From positions 46,006,001-46,070,000 of the forward strand of contig NC_087251.1 of the NCBI RefSeq assembly GCF_037042905.1: a stretch of DNA of 64,000 nt, given 5' to 3'. A model generated the notes under the pieces. The model was given only the letters and a program-made list of their open reading frames with translations. It was not told the origin of the DNA and did not search any database. Of this stretch, positions 12,697 through 25,407 are shown one piece after another. This stretch comes from Lytechinus pictus (lineage: Eukaryota). A program made the position numbers and the translations under genes. Within the stretch, counting starts at the first letter, position 1; every line of letters starts with the position of its first letter.

Positions 12697-13347
12697 CTGA
12701 CAAGGATACAGAAATAAAAAATCAGTAAAACTAAACATATGATCTGTGAGAATTATTGATATTCTCTGTTAAAGTCTGTTTTATCCGAAAGATACTTTCC
12801 ATAGTAACAGTTGGACACTTGTGCCCCTTAGCCAATGAAAAGCAAGGAAAGTTGTCAGATGTGACAAACTTTTGCATAGCAAATGTTGATGAAATGCACC
12901 CGAGTTCAAGAAATCCTATTTACGTTTACAGTTCCCAATCTAAACAGAAACATTTCTGTTCATTGATCATCTGTTTCATCAGGTTTGAAACGATTCTGTC
13001 ACATATTACCTACATATTCCTCCCTCTTTTCTTAATCACATTCATGTCATTGATCTGTTTGTTTATTCACTCATTCAGATATCCAACGACTCATTTCCTT
13101 TGGGAGAAGGTCTATTGTGCAAACCACAGAGCCCTTCAACATAACCTGTTAGGTTAATGAATAATAAAATGTAGAGACGTATCTTGATTCACCAAATGTA
13201 CAATTCTTAAACACTTTAATGATTAAAATCTATGTATCAATAATAATGCAATGCCCTCAGTGACAGCACTTTGTTAACTGAAGAGGCTAGCAAATTGAAA
13301 TAACACTGGAAATAAATAAACACACAGATAAAATAACACTGTCTTAC

Positions 13348-13727
13348 CATCTTCCACAGAGCTGGTCGCAACCAAGACATTGACTTCTCTCCTCCTGAAC
13401 TTCCTCAACACTTCTTCGTTCTTTCTCCTTTGATTCTGAGCCTGCACAGCCGACTTCTTCGCCACCCCGAGCCTTCCGCTGCCAATGGCAATGCAGCTGC
13501 AGAGGAGAAAGTGCAGCCTTGGATCTCTCTTGGAGAGTTTCTTGAAGAGCCTGCTCATCACCGCCGCCGTGTAACGATGCTCCACAAAGACGATACCGCA
13601 GAGGTTGGTGGTCGAGCGACCGGTTTGCTGGATATCGGCATCGGGTCCGTCTTCCTCCTCTTCTTCTTCCTCGTCACTCGCTTCGTCCTCGTCTTGGTCT
13701 TCCGGTACAACGGGTCTCCATCTAGGA
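13348..13727 (-). CDS. DICER1: Dicer exon 4, acidic linker and HEL2 (LCGIVFVEHRYTA...EEVLRKFRRREVNVLVATSSVEDG)
   Basis: Polypyrimidine acceptor, donor GTAAGA, phase 2 to 1. Strong match to Dicer helicase C domain motifs IV-V. Confidence 0.95.
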
Positions 13728-14462
13728 CTTGGAGGAAGAAAAGAAGAAGGGGAGAATACATTACATCATAGAAATATACAAGAATCATTGTTACATACAT
13801 GTAAACTCACCATTGTTATTTTCAATAACTTTGCCATCACCAATGGATGAAGCAGATTCAGGGTATCATGCTATTCAGGTGGGGGATGACACAACTGAAC
13901 ATCCCATGAACCATAGTTTAGTCACTGAAATATATAGGCCTAGCAGTGCCATCACTTAATCATTCTATCTTACAACACCGTTCAATATAAAATCAACCCA
14001 AGGTTCTGACCAATGAAGCAAAGTTATCAGCAATGGTAGATTTTGACTAAAAAATTATTTCTTACTGTACATGCAAATTCTATTGCCTTTTAAAATCTTA
14101 ACTATTACTATTTACAAACGTTGATGGTACATATCAATTTATTTTGCATTAAGAACTAATTGGTAATTATGAATTACATACATGATACAAATAATGCTTT
14201 TTATTCTCTTGATACCGCCCACCTGTAGACAGGTATGAATATGCGATGTCACACTATTCAAGTGGGGATGGCATAATAGATCACCCCCCTAAGCAATATG
14301 TTCACTGCTTAAAATCTATGCCAGTACAACTACACATGGACAAGCATAATTGTCTCCAAACAATATCAAAAGAAAAAATTGCTCTTGGCAAGAATAATCC
14401 TCAGCAGTTTTAAAATCACTGATTAGAAGCATTTCCTTTAAGAGTAAAGAAGGTTTACTTAC

Positions 14463-15471
14463 TTTTTCATGTCCTTATGAGATCTGTGTGCTTTCCTACG
14501 TGATGCAAATTTGTTGGTCCTTTCCCGGCTAGCGCTCTGCTGAGCTTTCTCCTCTGGACTGGCCTCCTTGGGTTTGAATTCTGCCAAAATTTCCAACAGC
14601 CTCCTGACTCTAGGAGTCAGGAACTTCAGGTTATAAAAGTTGCCTCCTTCTCTGAGAGCATTGTCACATATCCTTTCAACCATCCTGAGCTGGGTGACTG
14701 CGTGCTGCAGGAAGAGAAGGTGAACGTCAAGGAACTCATGCCTCTCAAGCTTCAGGAGCTCTCGGACTAACATCGGGATGAGGATCTTGACCCCTAGAGG
14801 GCCTATCGTCATCAGGGCTGACAGGCATTCTGTAAGGGCTTGCTTGGCCGGCAGTACAGGATCACGATTGCAGTCTACAAGCTCCCCATCAAAGTCCTTG
14901 GCTTTGAAAGAGTATTCAAACTGGTTGAGCTGTTTCAGACTGCCTGTGAGGAGCTGCGATAGCTTGGACACCAACTCAACGCAGTCCCCATACTTCCGAC
15001 AGACAATGACTGCTTCTTTGGGCTTGGTGCCGTATTTACTAATACTGGTCAAATTAGTAGCGATTTTCGCTTTGCACTTTAGATTTTCCTCTATTAACTC
15101 GATCTGCTTCTCTAAAGCCACTGGCTTGAAGTCCATCTTCAGAACCGATTCAGATAATCCCAAAATCCTGGGGCAATCTTCCCGAGGGCAAGTTCTCAAT
15201 GTGAGCATGACATGATGGTAGGGATGGAGGTAGTTCAGGGTGTGATGGAACTCATCCAGGATGAGCAGATTGAACATGGACAAGTCAACAAAGGACATCT
15301 GTAAGAGCTTGAGGAAGATCTCGCTGTCCATCACCGCAACGTGACAATGTTCGATTTCATCCTGCCATTTTGTTTTGTCCCATGAACTCATTTCTTCCCG
15401 GTTCCTGTATTCCTTGACATCTAAATCAGTGTGGGTGTGGATTACGTTGCCACATTTTGACAGATAGGATT
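14463..15471 (-). CDS. DICER1: Dicer exon 3, HEL1 motifs II-III and HEL2i
   Basis: Contains ORF 14459..15391 (NLLILDEFHH, HPY, CPRILGL). Acceptor tttcctcag, donor GTAAGT, phase 1 to 2. Confidence 0.95.
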
Positions 15472-15564
15472 CTGAGGAAAGAAATATATATACGGACTGA
15501 TTATCAAATTTGGTGAATATGAAATATCATGTATCATATTGATAGAAATTACTTGGATATTTCA

Positions 15565-15770
15565 GGAGGCGCGATAGCTCAGTCGGTAGAGCGGGGGACT
15601 CGTATTCCGGTGACCTGGGTTCGATTCCCACTTGGTGCGCTAGTGTCCTTTGGTAAGGCATTAATCCTCAGTACCAGGTCCTTCGGAGAGGACCTTAAGC
15701 TGTCGGTCCTCTGGTTGCTTGCTTACAAGCATTCATGCTTTCTTAGCAATCAGGTAAAAAATCACCACCA
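15565..15770 (+). mobile_element. tRNA-derived SINE
   Basis: Pol III A box TAGCTCAGTCGGTAGAG and B box GGTTCGATTCC followed by a non-tRNA body. Homologous copy near 40180. Confidence 0.85.
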
Positions 15771-16561
15771 ATACACCAATGTGACCAGTTGTCTATTTTG
15801 TATAATTTCAAAACTGTCAATGACTGGCATTTGGAATAATGGTTGCTCAGTTCTAATCTGCTTTACTGAACTGTATAACAGCGCATATATGTACACACTT
15901 TACATTCGCATACAAAGTTGTTTGAACCGAAATGGCAATATTCATGACATGGTTATTCATGATGGACCCAAGACTGGGAATCTGATGTAAGATGTAAAGA
16001 ACACTTATTGTTTTTTTTCAGATATGTAATATAATGCCAGATCAGGCAGATTCATTCTGCTCATTCTTCTCTAATGTTGCTCATTCACAATTTTGATTTG
16101 ATTTTATTCACCATGAGTTTTCCTGTTATTGTCAGTCACCAACTTTTAAAGACAAATGATGGTAAAGCAACCTCAGCCAGAAGTATCATTATTTCTTAGA
16201 CCAGTCTGGAGATAGCCAATGGTACAAATGACCTCTAAATATCCATTAATATTTTAAGACATGGAGAGCTCTTTTTGTGCACTTAGATCTGGCACTCACA
16301 TAGTAATACAGGTACCTTATAAATCACTTTTTATATCCTTTTGAAAAAAGAATACCTCCATCCGAATATCATGGAATGAATGCACCACAAATGAACAATA
16401 GACTGATTCTGTAAGGCATTCCAATTCCTGCAAGTAACTTTCAGCAACAAGCAACTAAAGTCAATATGTTCTATTCACCTGCTTTTTATAATCAACAAGG
16501 CTGGATGTTTGGAATTGAATTTACATTATAAATTGAGTGTTGCAATGTCAGGCAATATTAC

Positions 16562-16724
16562 CTGAATTGACCAGGAAGATGGATCTTTTCCCTCCATCCT
16601 TGACAGGCATCCTCACTGACCATGAGAGTTCCTTGATGAGCATCACTGCCAAGAATGTTTTCTCTGTCCCAGACTGCAGGTATACTACCGTGTTCTGCTC
16701 CAGAGCCGTTTCAAGTAGTTCAAG
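16562..16724 (-). CDS. DICER1: Dicer exon 2, helicase HEL1 motif I region (LELLETALEQNTVVYLQSGTEKTFLAVMLIKELS...GKRSIFLVNS)
   Basis: Translated by hand. AG/GT boundaries, phase 0 to 1. Aligns with Dicer ELLEAAL..NTIVCLNTGSGKTF...GKRTVFLVNS. Confidence 0.93.
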
Positions 16725-16916
16725 CTACAAATATACAATGGACAAGGCATTAATCTACATCTGTCACTCTCTACACAGGTGCACGAGGATAGTTTGATAG
16801 CTGCAGGAAGGAATTCCTTGAATGCTATGAGCACTGAAATAAGTCAACTTGCTAAGGAGTAATAACGAAGTGCTTGAATACCTTGCTTGTTAAATATGTG
16901 AGTGGGCTACATATTT

Positions 16917-17600
16917 TAACCCTAAAAGAACTGGGCAATTTGAGATCTATTGAGGACTGGGGGGGCCATGATGATCTCGGCCGCCGTTCGCACGATCGCG
17001 CCAAAAGTTGGAACGCACATTCCTTACCACATAAATTCTGAAAATAATCATTTTTTATTTATTATGAATAAAATATGCAAATTTATTCATGAAAAACATT
17101 ATTTGCATATTTAACACCAATTTCTCTTCAAATTTTCTTCTTTTTTTGCAGATCCCATCTTTGTAATCTAATTTAAAAGTTTCCACACAAAAAATTGCGA
17201 AAGCCCATTTTTTCCTTATGTATTTCTCTGTTTTTAGAATTTCTTTGTTTTTCCAACTTTTGTTTTTCATTGTTTTTTTCAATGGAAATTATTACAGACT
17301 ATTCAACAACTAAATAAAACCCTAAATCAATTAAGCAGACCAATTAGAACGAAAAATAATCACCCTTGTAATATGAAGTTATTCTCCCATAGACTTTGTA
17401 CACAAAGTATAAAAATAAGCCATTTTAGGCATGACATTGTCTCGTAAAAAGTCACGTGACGTCACGATGGTATACCCGTATGTCGTGAATTTGGTCTCAA
17501 AAGTTGCGCGAGACTACAAAGAAAAGTCATGAAATTTTGCGGCGCCAACTTTTTGCGTTTCGGAAATATCCCGCGAAGCTTCCAAGGGGGGGCCATCATG
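16917..17600. mobile_element. piggyBac-like non-autonomous element, right end truncated
   Basis: TTAA-CCC left terminus. ggggggccatgatg / ggggggccatcatg motifs near both ends. Confidence 0.45.
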
Positions 17601-17986
17601 ACTCATTCACAAACATATTTCTTGACCCTTAGGTAAAAAATAGTATCAAATATAACTTATTTGCAATATACACAAATTTACCTTACATTTGTTTCTCCTT
17701 AATTAATTCGCTTTCAAAACACAGAAACGTTCACCATTCCATAAACATTATATAAACACATAATAAAAATTGCACAGTAAATGGAACAATATGATACACA
17801 ATTACAACATTTTCCACAGGAACCACAGTTTATGAGACTTTGATATCATGTTAATCCTTACAAGTTGCCTTATGGCATTATAATTCAATGTGGCTACATA
17901 ATAGGGTGATTTAGTTAATAACCTGAAACAAAAGAAACATCTAGTGGTCTTTCCACGTACATTTTGAAGAGTAAAGCTAGGGCCTA

Positions 17987-18159
17987 GGGGGCCGTTTCAT
18001 AAAGCTGTTCGTAAGTTAAGAGCGACTTTAAGAATGACTGGTGATCCTTTCTTACCCGCTAAACCATCGCCTATGAATATACCATTTACCACAAGAAAGG
18101 ATCACCAGTCATTCTTAAAGTCGCTCTTAACTTACGAACAGCTTTATGAAACACCCATC
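17987..18159. mobile_element. MITE family A copy
   Basis: Same TIRs as 7076-7258. Confidence 0.9.
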
Positions 18160-18298
18160 TGGTTCCAAATCCAATACAAGGTGTACCATCTATTCAAAGG
18201 AGTTGATTGGCGTAATTTTTTTTAAATCTCTGTTGACAGTTCATTAATGCATAGGAATTCACCTTTCAAGATTGTCCCCTAAAAGCTTGTTTAGACTG

Positions 18299-18993
18299 TT
18301 AAAGGGATGGTCCGGGCTGAAAATATTCACTGAGCAAATTGCCGAAAATTTCATCAAAATCGGATAACAAATAATAAAGTTATCGAAGTTTAAAGTTTAG
18401 CAATATTTTGGGAAAACAGTTGTCATGAATATTCATTAGGTGGGCTGATGATGTCACATCTCCATTTTACATTTTCTTATGTTATTACATAAAATCATAA
18501 TTTTTTCATTATTTCATACTTGTGTGAATAATATGTCTCCCTTATAATGAAATAAGTTGCAGCAATAAATATCTAATAATAATAATAAACAGTTCTTGTA
18601 TAGCGCATATCACAATTATGAATAATGTCTCTATGCGCTTCCTAAGGACTTGGATATTATTACCCCAGCTGTAGCTTGGCAGCCGTAATTACTAAGATTA
18701 CAGCACTAATGCACTAAATCAGTTGTCAATCCAATTTTTCTAGCTCTTGGAGGAAAAAATTTGAATAAACCTAATTTCACATAATAAAATACAAAAGAAC
18801 AAGCGGGGATGTGACATCATCAGTCCACCTAATGAATATTCATGACGACTGTTTTCACAAAATATTGCTAAATTTTTAAATTCAACAACTTTCTTATTTG
18901 TTATCCGATTTTGATGAAATTTTCGCCATTTTGCTCAGTGAATGCTACTCTATTTATTAAGCTATAAATACTTTCAGCCCGACCATCCCTTAA
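18299..18993. mobile_element. Non-autonomous TTAA-targeting DNA element (Kolobok-like) with long TIRs and a nested retroelement tail
   Basis: TTAA-AGGGATGGTCCGGGCTGAAA ... TTTCAGCCCGACCATCCCTTAA, about 200-bp inverted arms. Insert at 18578-18705 with CTAAT duplication. Confidence 0.8.
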
Positions 18994-19102
18994 AATCTTA
19001 ACACCAAAGTAAATAATATGCTCTTTACTTGACACATTCAAACTAAAACTTATCGATAGGAAACCATTTTTTGTTTCTTTCTTCTCGAGAAGATGAACCC
19101 AC

Positions 19103-19228
19103 CTGATATTGTCTAGGAGTGAAGCTGAGTATAGGGGTAAACTCCTTCTGTGAAGTGACAAAGGAGCTACCTGGAGTCTCCGCATCTATGACCTCTAGCC
19201 CCAGTGAAAGCGGTGATGGCTCTTCCAT
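19103..19228 (-). CDS. DICER1: Dicer coding exon 1 (MEEPSP...FTPRQYQ)
   Basis: ATG at 19228. FTPRQYQ resembles the Dicer N-terminal Q-motif (YTPRKYQ in vertebrates). Donor GTGGGT at 19102, phase 0. An upstream acceptor (tctctag, 19255-19256) implies a non-coding 5' exon. Confidence 0.85.
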
Positions 19229-19471
19229 TCTTGCTTAATCTCAATGTCACAAATCTAGAGACAATTAGGGAAACGTTAGGTATCAGGTTCAGGGTAATCG
19301 TAACTACATTAAACTAGCAAGCAGTTATTATTATACAGTTGTAGTTTGGGGAAATAAAACCAACTTACTTTTTAGTTTGCAAGGACTCTCTTCATATTTC
19401 CCAACCAAAAATAGCACACTCCAATTCCGAAGTTATTTCACTCTTAGTACCGATTAGGTCAACACATACCA

Positions 19472-19870
19472 GGTGGGCGTTTCATAAAGTCATTCACAAG
19501 TTACGAGTGTGTTACTGCAGGTAACACTTTATGCAATTACTCGTATATAGGCTATTATCGCCTATGACAGGTATGAGGTCAATACGGGGGGGGGGGGGGG
19601 GGGCATTTCATAAAGCTGTTCGTAAGTTTCGAGCGACTTTAAGAACTGGTGATCCTTACTTCTTGTATGGTATTGGTATACACCAAATATTCTTTGGTGA
19701 CGATTAAACATAAAAAAGGATCACCCCAGTCATTCTTACAGTCGCTCATAATTTACGAACAGCTTTATGAAATGGCCCCCGTATTTAATGACCTCATACC
19801 TGTAATAGGCGATAATAGCCCATATATGAAGCAGTGCATTTGTAGAAATTCGGCACCTGCAATAACACAC
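19472..19870. mobile_element. MITE family A copy (about 19600-19780) nested at the centre of another inverted-repeat element
   Basis: Inner TIRs plus outer IR ggctattatcgcctatgacaggtatgaggtca / tgacctcatacctgtaataggcgataatagcc. Confidence 0.8.
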
Positions 19871-20142
19871 AAATGCACACAATGATGCCGACAAGGCTTG
19901 TTGGCGGGGTGAATCGTTTCTTGATTTTATCATCTTTTTTTGAGTGAAATTAGTTAGTTTATTGCAGTTTAGATATCACAAATTATGGTAAAAATTTTGA
20001 TTGAATATCTGTGTATTTTGTACAATGGTGCTTTAAAGTCTGACTACTCTGACATCGTGGATGTTGGAGCAAGTCCCTCAATTACGTTTCAAGGTCAATA
20101 TGCCAACCACTTTTTTTTCCAAATATCGCGATCGGGAACGGC

Positions 20143-20402
20143 CGTATTTTGGCTTCGATCTCGACGTCATCGTTTGAATTCTCAGTCAGACACCGCGTTC
20201 GGCTTTGCCGTAATTTTGATATGGACTGAGCTGACTTTAGTGACCAAAATCATGTGAACATGCGGCGAACAAACGTAAGGGTGAGCTGCCGCAGGCAAAT
20301 CTTTTGGTCGTTAATTTCAGTCCATATCAAAATTACGGCAAAGCAAAGCCAAGTCTGACTGAGAATTCAAATGATATAATGTTGAGATCGGAGCTGAAAT
20401 AC
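20143..20402. repeat. Inverted repeat (foldback element)
   Basis: ttgaattctcagtcagac...ctttgccgtaattttgatatggactga mirrored by tcagtccatatcaaaattacggcaaag...gtctgactgagaattcaa. Confidence 0.85.
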
Positions 20403-21959
20403 ATTACAGCAGGGATTCTCAAATGGTGGCGAGCCTTGCGGAGTGGTGCTTGGAAGCCGGTATAAAAAAGTAAAAATAAAGAAAAATTAGGGAGATAAAA
20501 CTGTATCTACCAGTAACCTGGAAATAAGGATTTGGGATCATTTTAATACAAAGAGAAAACAAAAACTCTTTACTTGACACTTAATTGATTTCCTAAAATT
20601 TTGTCCAATTTAGTACTCGATAACCTCTATTATAGAGGATCGATGTTGTTCTTTTTATTTATTCTATGCTGGACAAAGTTTATGTGCCACACAAGTGATT
20701 TGAAAACCCCGTTTGTAGGATTTATATTTCAACGGCGAGAAATGTTGCATTTCCAGAGTATCCTTTTTGTTTAAGAGTTAAACATCAAATAATGTGATAT
20801 TCAAAGAGCATCCTGATCATAAAAAATTATGAATTTGGGGCATAACAAGCAGAAAATTTGTTTCCGGAGCCGATTAAAATCCGAAGGTGTAAAGTGAAAT
20901 ACATGTATGCTCAGATGTATCGCCTGCCGTGATTGCCTGCATGCACTCTTGCTTAACACGAACTGAATGAATGATACTGCACGTGAGTTGTAGAGGGGCA
21001 GTTTGGGCGCTAGTGCAGTGCAACGCCTAATTTTCAGCCCTTGCAAAATCGGGGAACGTAACTTTAGCCACTGGCGTACAGATGGGGGCGGGGATTGGGG
21101 GCCCCCAAGTGTTTCACGGCCAAGAAAACAAAAGGAGAAAAGAGGAGAAAAGGAAAGAAAAGGGAAATATTGTATTATCTTAATATTATGTCAAAATATA
21201 GATTTTTGTATTGAAAAGTTCAATATTTTTGCTTCAGCTGCCATATCTAGCCCCTCATTTTTTTTTACTCATTATGCCACTTGCTTCAGCCAATAGATCT
21301 GGTGCAGAACAGTCTGAACTCGTGGTATCATTGGTATGTTGTGAAAAGTCACTGGTCATTTTTCTTTTAATATTGTGTAGTTTGTTGGCATTTGTATTTC
21401 TTCTTTTGATATTAATTAGAGCCCCTCTGGGCAATTTAAAAGGCCTCATATTCCATAACTTCTTGGGGCTCTGTCCCCTCGACCCCCACGCCACCAGGGG
21501 CCTCTGGGCCCCCCATCCGCTGATACATTGCTGGTTTGCGTAATGGATAGTGGAGCATTACAGATTCTCAACAAGAAATGTGGCGCTTCCAAAAAAGTAA
21601 TTGAGAATGGCTGCATAAGCCATTCCTGATCGTAGTATTTGGAAAAGCGGTGGGCATATTGTTTATTGACCTCCAAATTTGACTGAGTCTGACGTCTAAC
21701 TGAGAGACTTGCCATGTCATGATGAAGTCACGAGCATAAATGATGAGTTTGCGAACAATTTCTGGTGGGGAAATTTGCTCAAAGTCGAACTTTTGAAATT
21801 GAACACAATTTGAAGACAGTGAGTCACGTCAGCTGGTGCGAAACTGCATTAGCGCCATAGTGGCAGCTTAACCATTAATTTGCCTAACTTTTATTAGAAA
21901 TCATCAGTATCGATAAAAATTATGTGCATTTGTAACCTAACAAGTCTAGGCCTGGGAAG

Positions 21960-22430
21960 TTGGATACCCGGCCGTAGACAAACCTCTCCTGCCCTTGCTA
22001 GCTAAAGCCAGCGCCAGCGCGGTCGGCGCCCCGGTCAGACCGGGAGCAAATGAGCTGCAACTTCGCCTTCGCCTCCCTTGTTTGCGCCTGGAATGCAGTG
22101 TGCAGGATTTCAAAACAAAATAACCATAGGCATAGTAATTTCGTTACCATAAGTCACAAAGATGTAAAATCATATATTCATCAGAGTCAATTACGCCTTT
22201 GAATTAAGAAGATGAATAAAATACATACCGATACCCGAGAAATTTAGACAAAATGCAGGCTATGTTTCTAAAAATCTTTTCAGATTTTTTCCAGTGCAAT
22301 GCATGCAGAGTGGTAGCTGGCCCAAGCTGGGTACGGTGTGTAAGTACAAGTACGATGGTGGCAAAATACCAATGGCAAAAAATAAGTGCTGAAAAATGCC
22401 TAGAATAGATTTAGAGGAGGCCGCGCCAGA
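21960..22430 (-). promoter_or_regulatory. Probable Dicer promoter and non-coding first exon
   Basis: Local CpG/GC-rich island about 3 kb upstream of the ATG exon. Candidate minus-strand donor CG|GTATGT at 22228. The ATG exon has an acceptor 26 nt upstream of its start codon. Confidence 0.4.
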
Positions 22431-22431
22431 G

Positions 22432-22667
22432 CACTAGCGTACCTAAAGGGGGGGGGGGGCAGACTGCCCCCCTGACGAGTCACACCTAATGCAGGGGACG
22501 TCCCCCCCCCTTTTGAGAAGCAAAATTAATAATTTGTAATGTAAAAATGCAATGAAAACAGACGTGTGCCCCCTCTTTTGAACTTGAAGACTTTTTTTTT
22601 TTTTTGCGGACGAAATATCCTCCAAAAAATTTGCCCCCCCTTTTGGAAAATCCTGGGTACTCCACTG
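22432..22667. mobile_element. Poly-G/poly-C-rich hAT-like MITE; related elements near 21069 and 57759-58025
   Basis: cactagcgtacc-GGGG ... CCCC..gggtactccactg imperfect termini. Confidence 0.45.
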
Positions 22668-24721
22668 GACTGGAGGCTAGGCGGAGGAGGGGGTCATATA
22701 TGCCCGCATATATGTACACAATCTACTACCTTATTATAATTTCGTTTAGAGGAATGAATTACAGGGGTCATCAAACAAACTGGTGGGGGCTAGGAGACTG
22801 CAGTCCTTTTTTTTTTTAGTATAAAAGTTCTTTTCTTAAGTTTTTTGTAAAACTGTAAAAATTACAAACAAATCAGGTCTATGCATTTTCATGCAGCCCC
22901 TCCCCTTTCAAAATGGTTCTGTGGCCAATATGAAGAAAGCAATGGTAAATAAATAAAGGTTTTATAAGAGGGTTAAGAAAGGAAGACTTGATTTTTAAAA
23001 ATGGCATGTTGGCTAAAAATCAGAGTTGTTCAAATTTCCATTATTCAGTATAGTTTAAAAAATCACTTATCGGAAAATTTTCAGATAACTGATTTGAAGA
23101 CTTTTAGATAATTGCCTTGAAGACTAAATAACAAAGTAAATGTGAATAGATTCAAGCTCCACCTCTTAAGAAAAAAAAAATTATTGTTGAATTAACCTTT
23201 TGAAAAATAAAAGTGTTAAAACAATTTTTGTTTGCACCCAACATCAATTGGGGGTGGAGGTGATTTCCCCCCTTTTTTTTGGGGGGGGGAGGGCTGTAAA
23301 ATGTGGTGACCTGTGTACTCTTTTTATCTGTTTTTATTTATTTTGTATGCAAAGTGGGCCCCATTCTGGGCCCCTCTAAGAAATCTTGCACCCGTCACTA
23401 AAAATATTGGCATAAACACCAAGTCGAAAGAGTCCACCTACATACACGCACTTCAAATACTATATTCTTTTTGCATCAAACTTTGAAGACTGAGCCTGCA
23501 TATATTGTTCAGTTTCCTGATGGGTTAATTACTCACTTTCTACCACTTTCTGAGCATGAGACAACAAATACCTTAAAAACCTGACATTCATTCTTACATC
23601 ATATAGACTTGCAATTCAACACTACCACTTTCATGACCTCAGCGGAAGAAGGGCCAAACACTTTTGGAGGATATTTTGAATATCCAAAGTATCAAGGGCC
23701 CTAATGTTTATGAATTATTCATTTCTCTATGTAATGTTAAAAAAAATGTTCATTGCTGTACATACATCAAATTGGTTCCATGTACTATGTATCAATAACA
23801 CAAAAAATTAAAACTTGTATGGATTTGTTATTAATAAATCATTATTTGTACACAAGACGAATGTGAAATCACAAATACAAGCTCAAATATATGTTCAAAA
23901 TGATTCGTAATTTTATTTCAATCACAATATATGTGCATATTTAAGGTGCATGGATGAAAGAAAGGTTAAATTACATATTTCAATTTAAAAGGTAAAAAAA
24001 GAGACAGGAATAAATCTGGTTTACATAATGCCAAGATGTATACACACAGAACTAGATGTGTCATAAACAAATACAAAATAAAAAGTAGAAAAAAAAAATA
24101 AAGTAATTGCACTTTACAACATTTTATTGCATTTGATATAACTATGATCATTTTCAATTTGTATCTTTTGATACAAAGTTGTGTTGATGATGTAAAAGAG
24201 ATTTCACACAGGCAATGGGCAGGCTCTTTAATTTTTGTAATATAAAATAAAATACAAAGTAAGATGAATAAATTTGGGAATCCTTTAAAAAAATCATGCT
24301 CAACAAAGATTCAGATACCTTGTTTTGACATTTGGATTGAATTGTTGAAACAAATAAGTACTTTCAAGTGGAAACAAGCGTACTAGATCTTATTTCAACC
24401 AACATCAGTGAATAGGCCCTTTCTTAAAACATCTGTTAATATAAAGCAAATAAAAGTAAACTTGTGATGATTATAAAACCTTCAATAGACTACCAAATTG
24501 CAAAAACAACTGCTCAATAACGACCTGAAGTGCAAGTTTACTTGTAAAATTTGATTGTCAAAAAAAAAAATTACATTGTTCTTGGCATTGTTACTCCATA
24601 CATCCCACATAAATCTCAACAATGTAAACTAACAGAATTGAATATAAAAGGGTTTTACAACATTCCAAACAACTTGGTCTACCTTGGAAAAAAAAAAATT
24701 TACAGTTAAAAATAACAGAAC

Positions 24722-24798
24722 ACTTGAACATGAACCTTGAACATGAACAAAGTACCTTGAACATGAACAAAGTACAAAAACCTTGAACGTGAACAAAA
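24722..24798 (+). repeat. Short tandem repeat (ccttgaacatgaacaaagta)
   Basis: Direct reading, about 4 partial units. Confidence 0.85.
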
Positions 24799-25019
24799 TG
24801 TTGAGCTTAAATGAGTATAAATGACAACATCACGATAATTTTTTTGCATATTAGTGGCCTCATTAATTTTGTTTACAGTGCAGAATATCGCTGCCACCTA
24901 CCATTACTTGTATAAAACCAACTTTGCCAAAGTAAAATTATCTGGACAACAGAAATAGTTTTCATCTATATGATATAAGATGCACTAATCACAGGATGGA
25001 ATCTCAGCAGAAGTATGAC

Positions 25020-25407
25020 ATGCTCCTTCTCCTTGTCTATAAAATCATCCATGGTCTCGCCCCATCCTACCTTCAAAATCTTATCTCTCTCTGTCCCTCA
25101 TCCTCTGCAACTCAACGTCTCCGATCTTCTTCTACTGCTCACCTTCGACTATCTCTAGGACCCCGAACTTTTACCCGTTATGGCGATCGTGCTTTTTCTG
25201 CTCTTGCCCCTAAACTCTGGAACAATCTCCCCATCTTCATCCGTAATGCATCCACTGTCGAATCTTTCAAAACACTCCTCAAATCTTACCTCATTAAGCA
25301 GTCCTCTTAATTCTATATCCTCTTCTCACTTTTTTTTCCTTTCCAATGCACTTAGAAACTGTTGTATTAAGCGCTATATAAATGTTAATTATTATTATTA
25401 TTATTAT
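25020..25407 (+). mobile_element. 5'-truncated CR1/L2-clade LINE 3' end
   Basis: ORF2 C-terminus (LLVYKIIHGLAPSYL...GDRAFSALAPKLWNNLP...FKTLLKSYL), (TAT)n tail, TSD GTATGAC (25013-25019, 25408-25414). Confidence 0.9.

Noticed and set aside
13430..15215. Plus-strand ORFs overlapping Dicer exons 3-4
   Set aside because: Antisense shadows of real exons.
15568..15640. tRNA gene (Thr-CGT-like)
   Set aside because: The acceptor stem does not pair properly and the sequence continues into a SINE body with a second copy near 40180.
20410..21613. Possible 1.2-kb hAT element (cagggattctcaa...ttgagaatggctg)
   Set aside because: TIRs are imperfect and the putative 8-bp TSDs match at only about half the positions, so it is not supportable.
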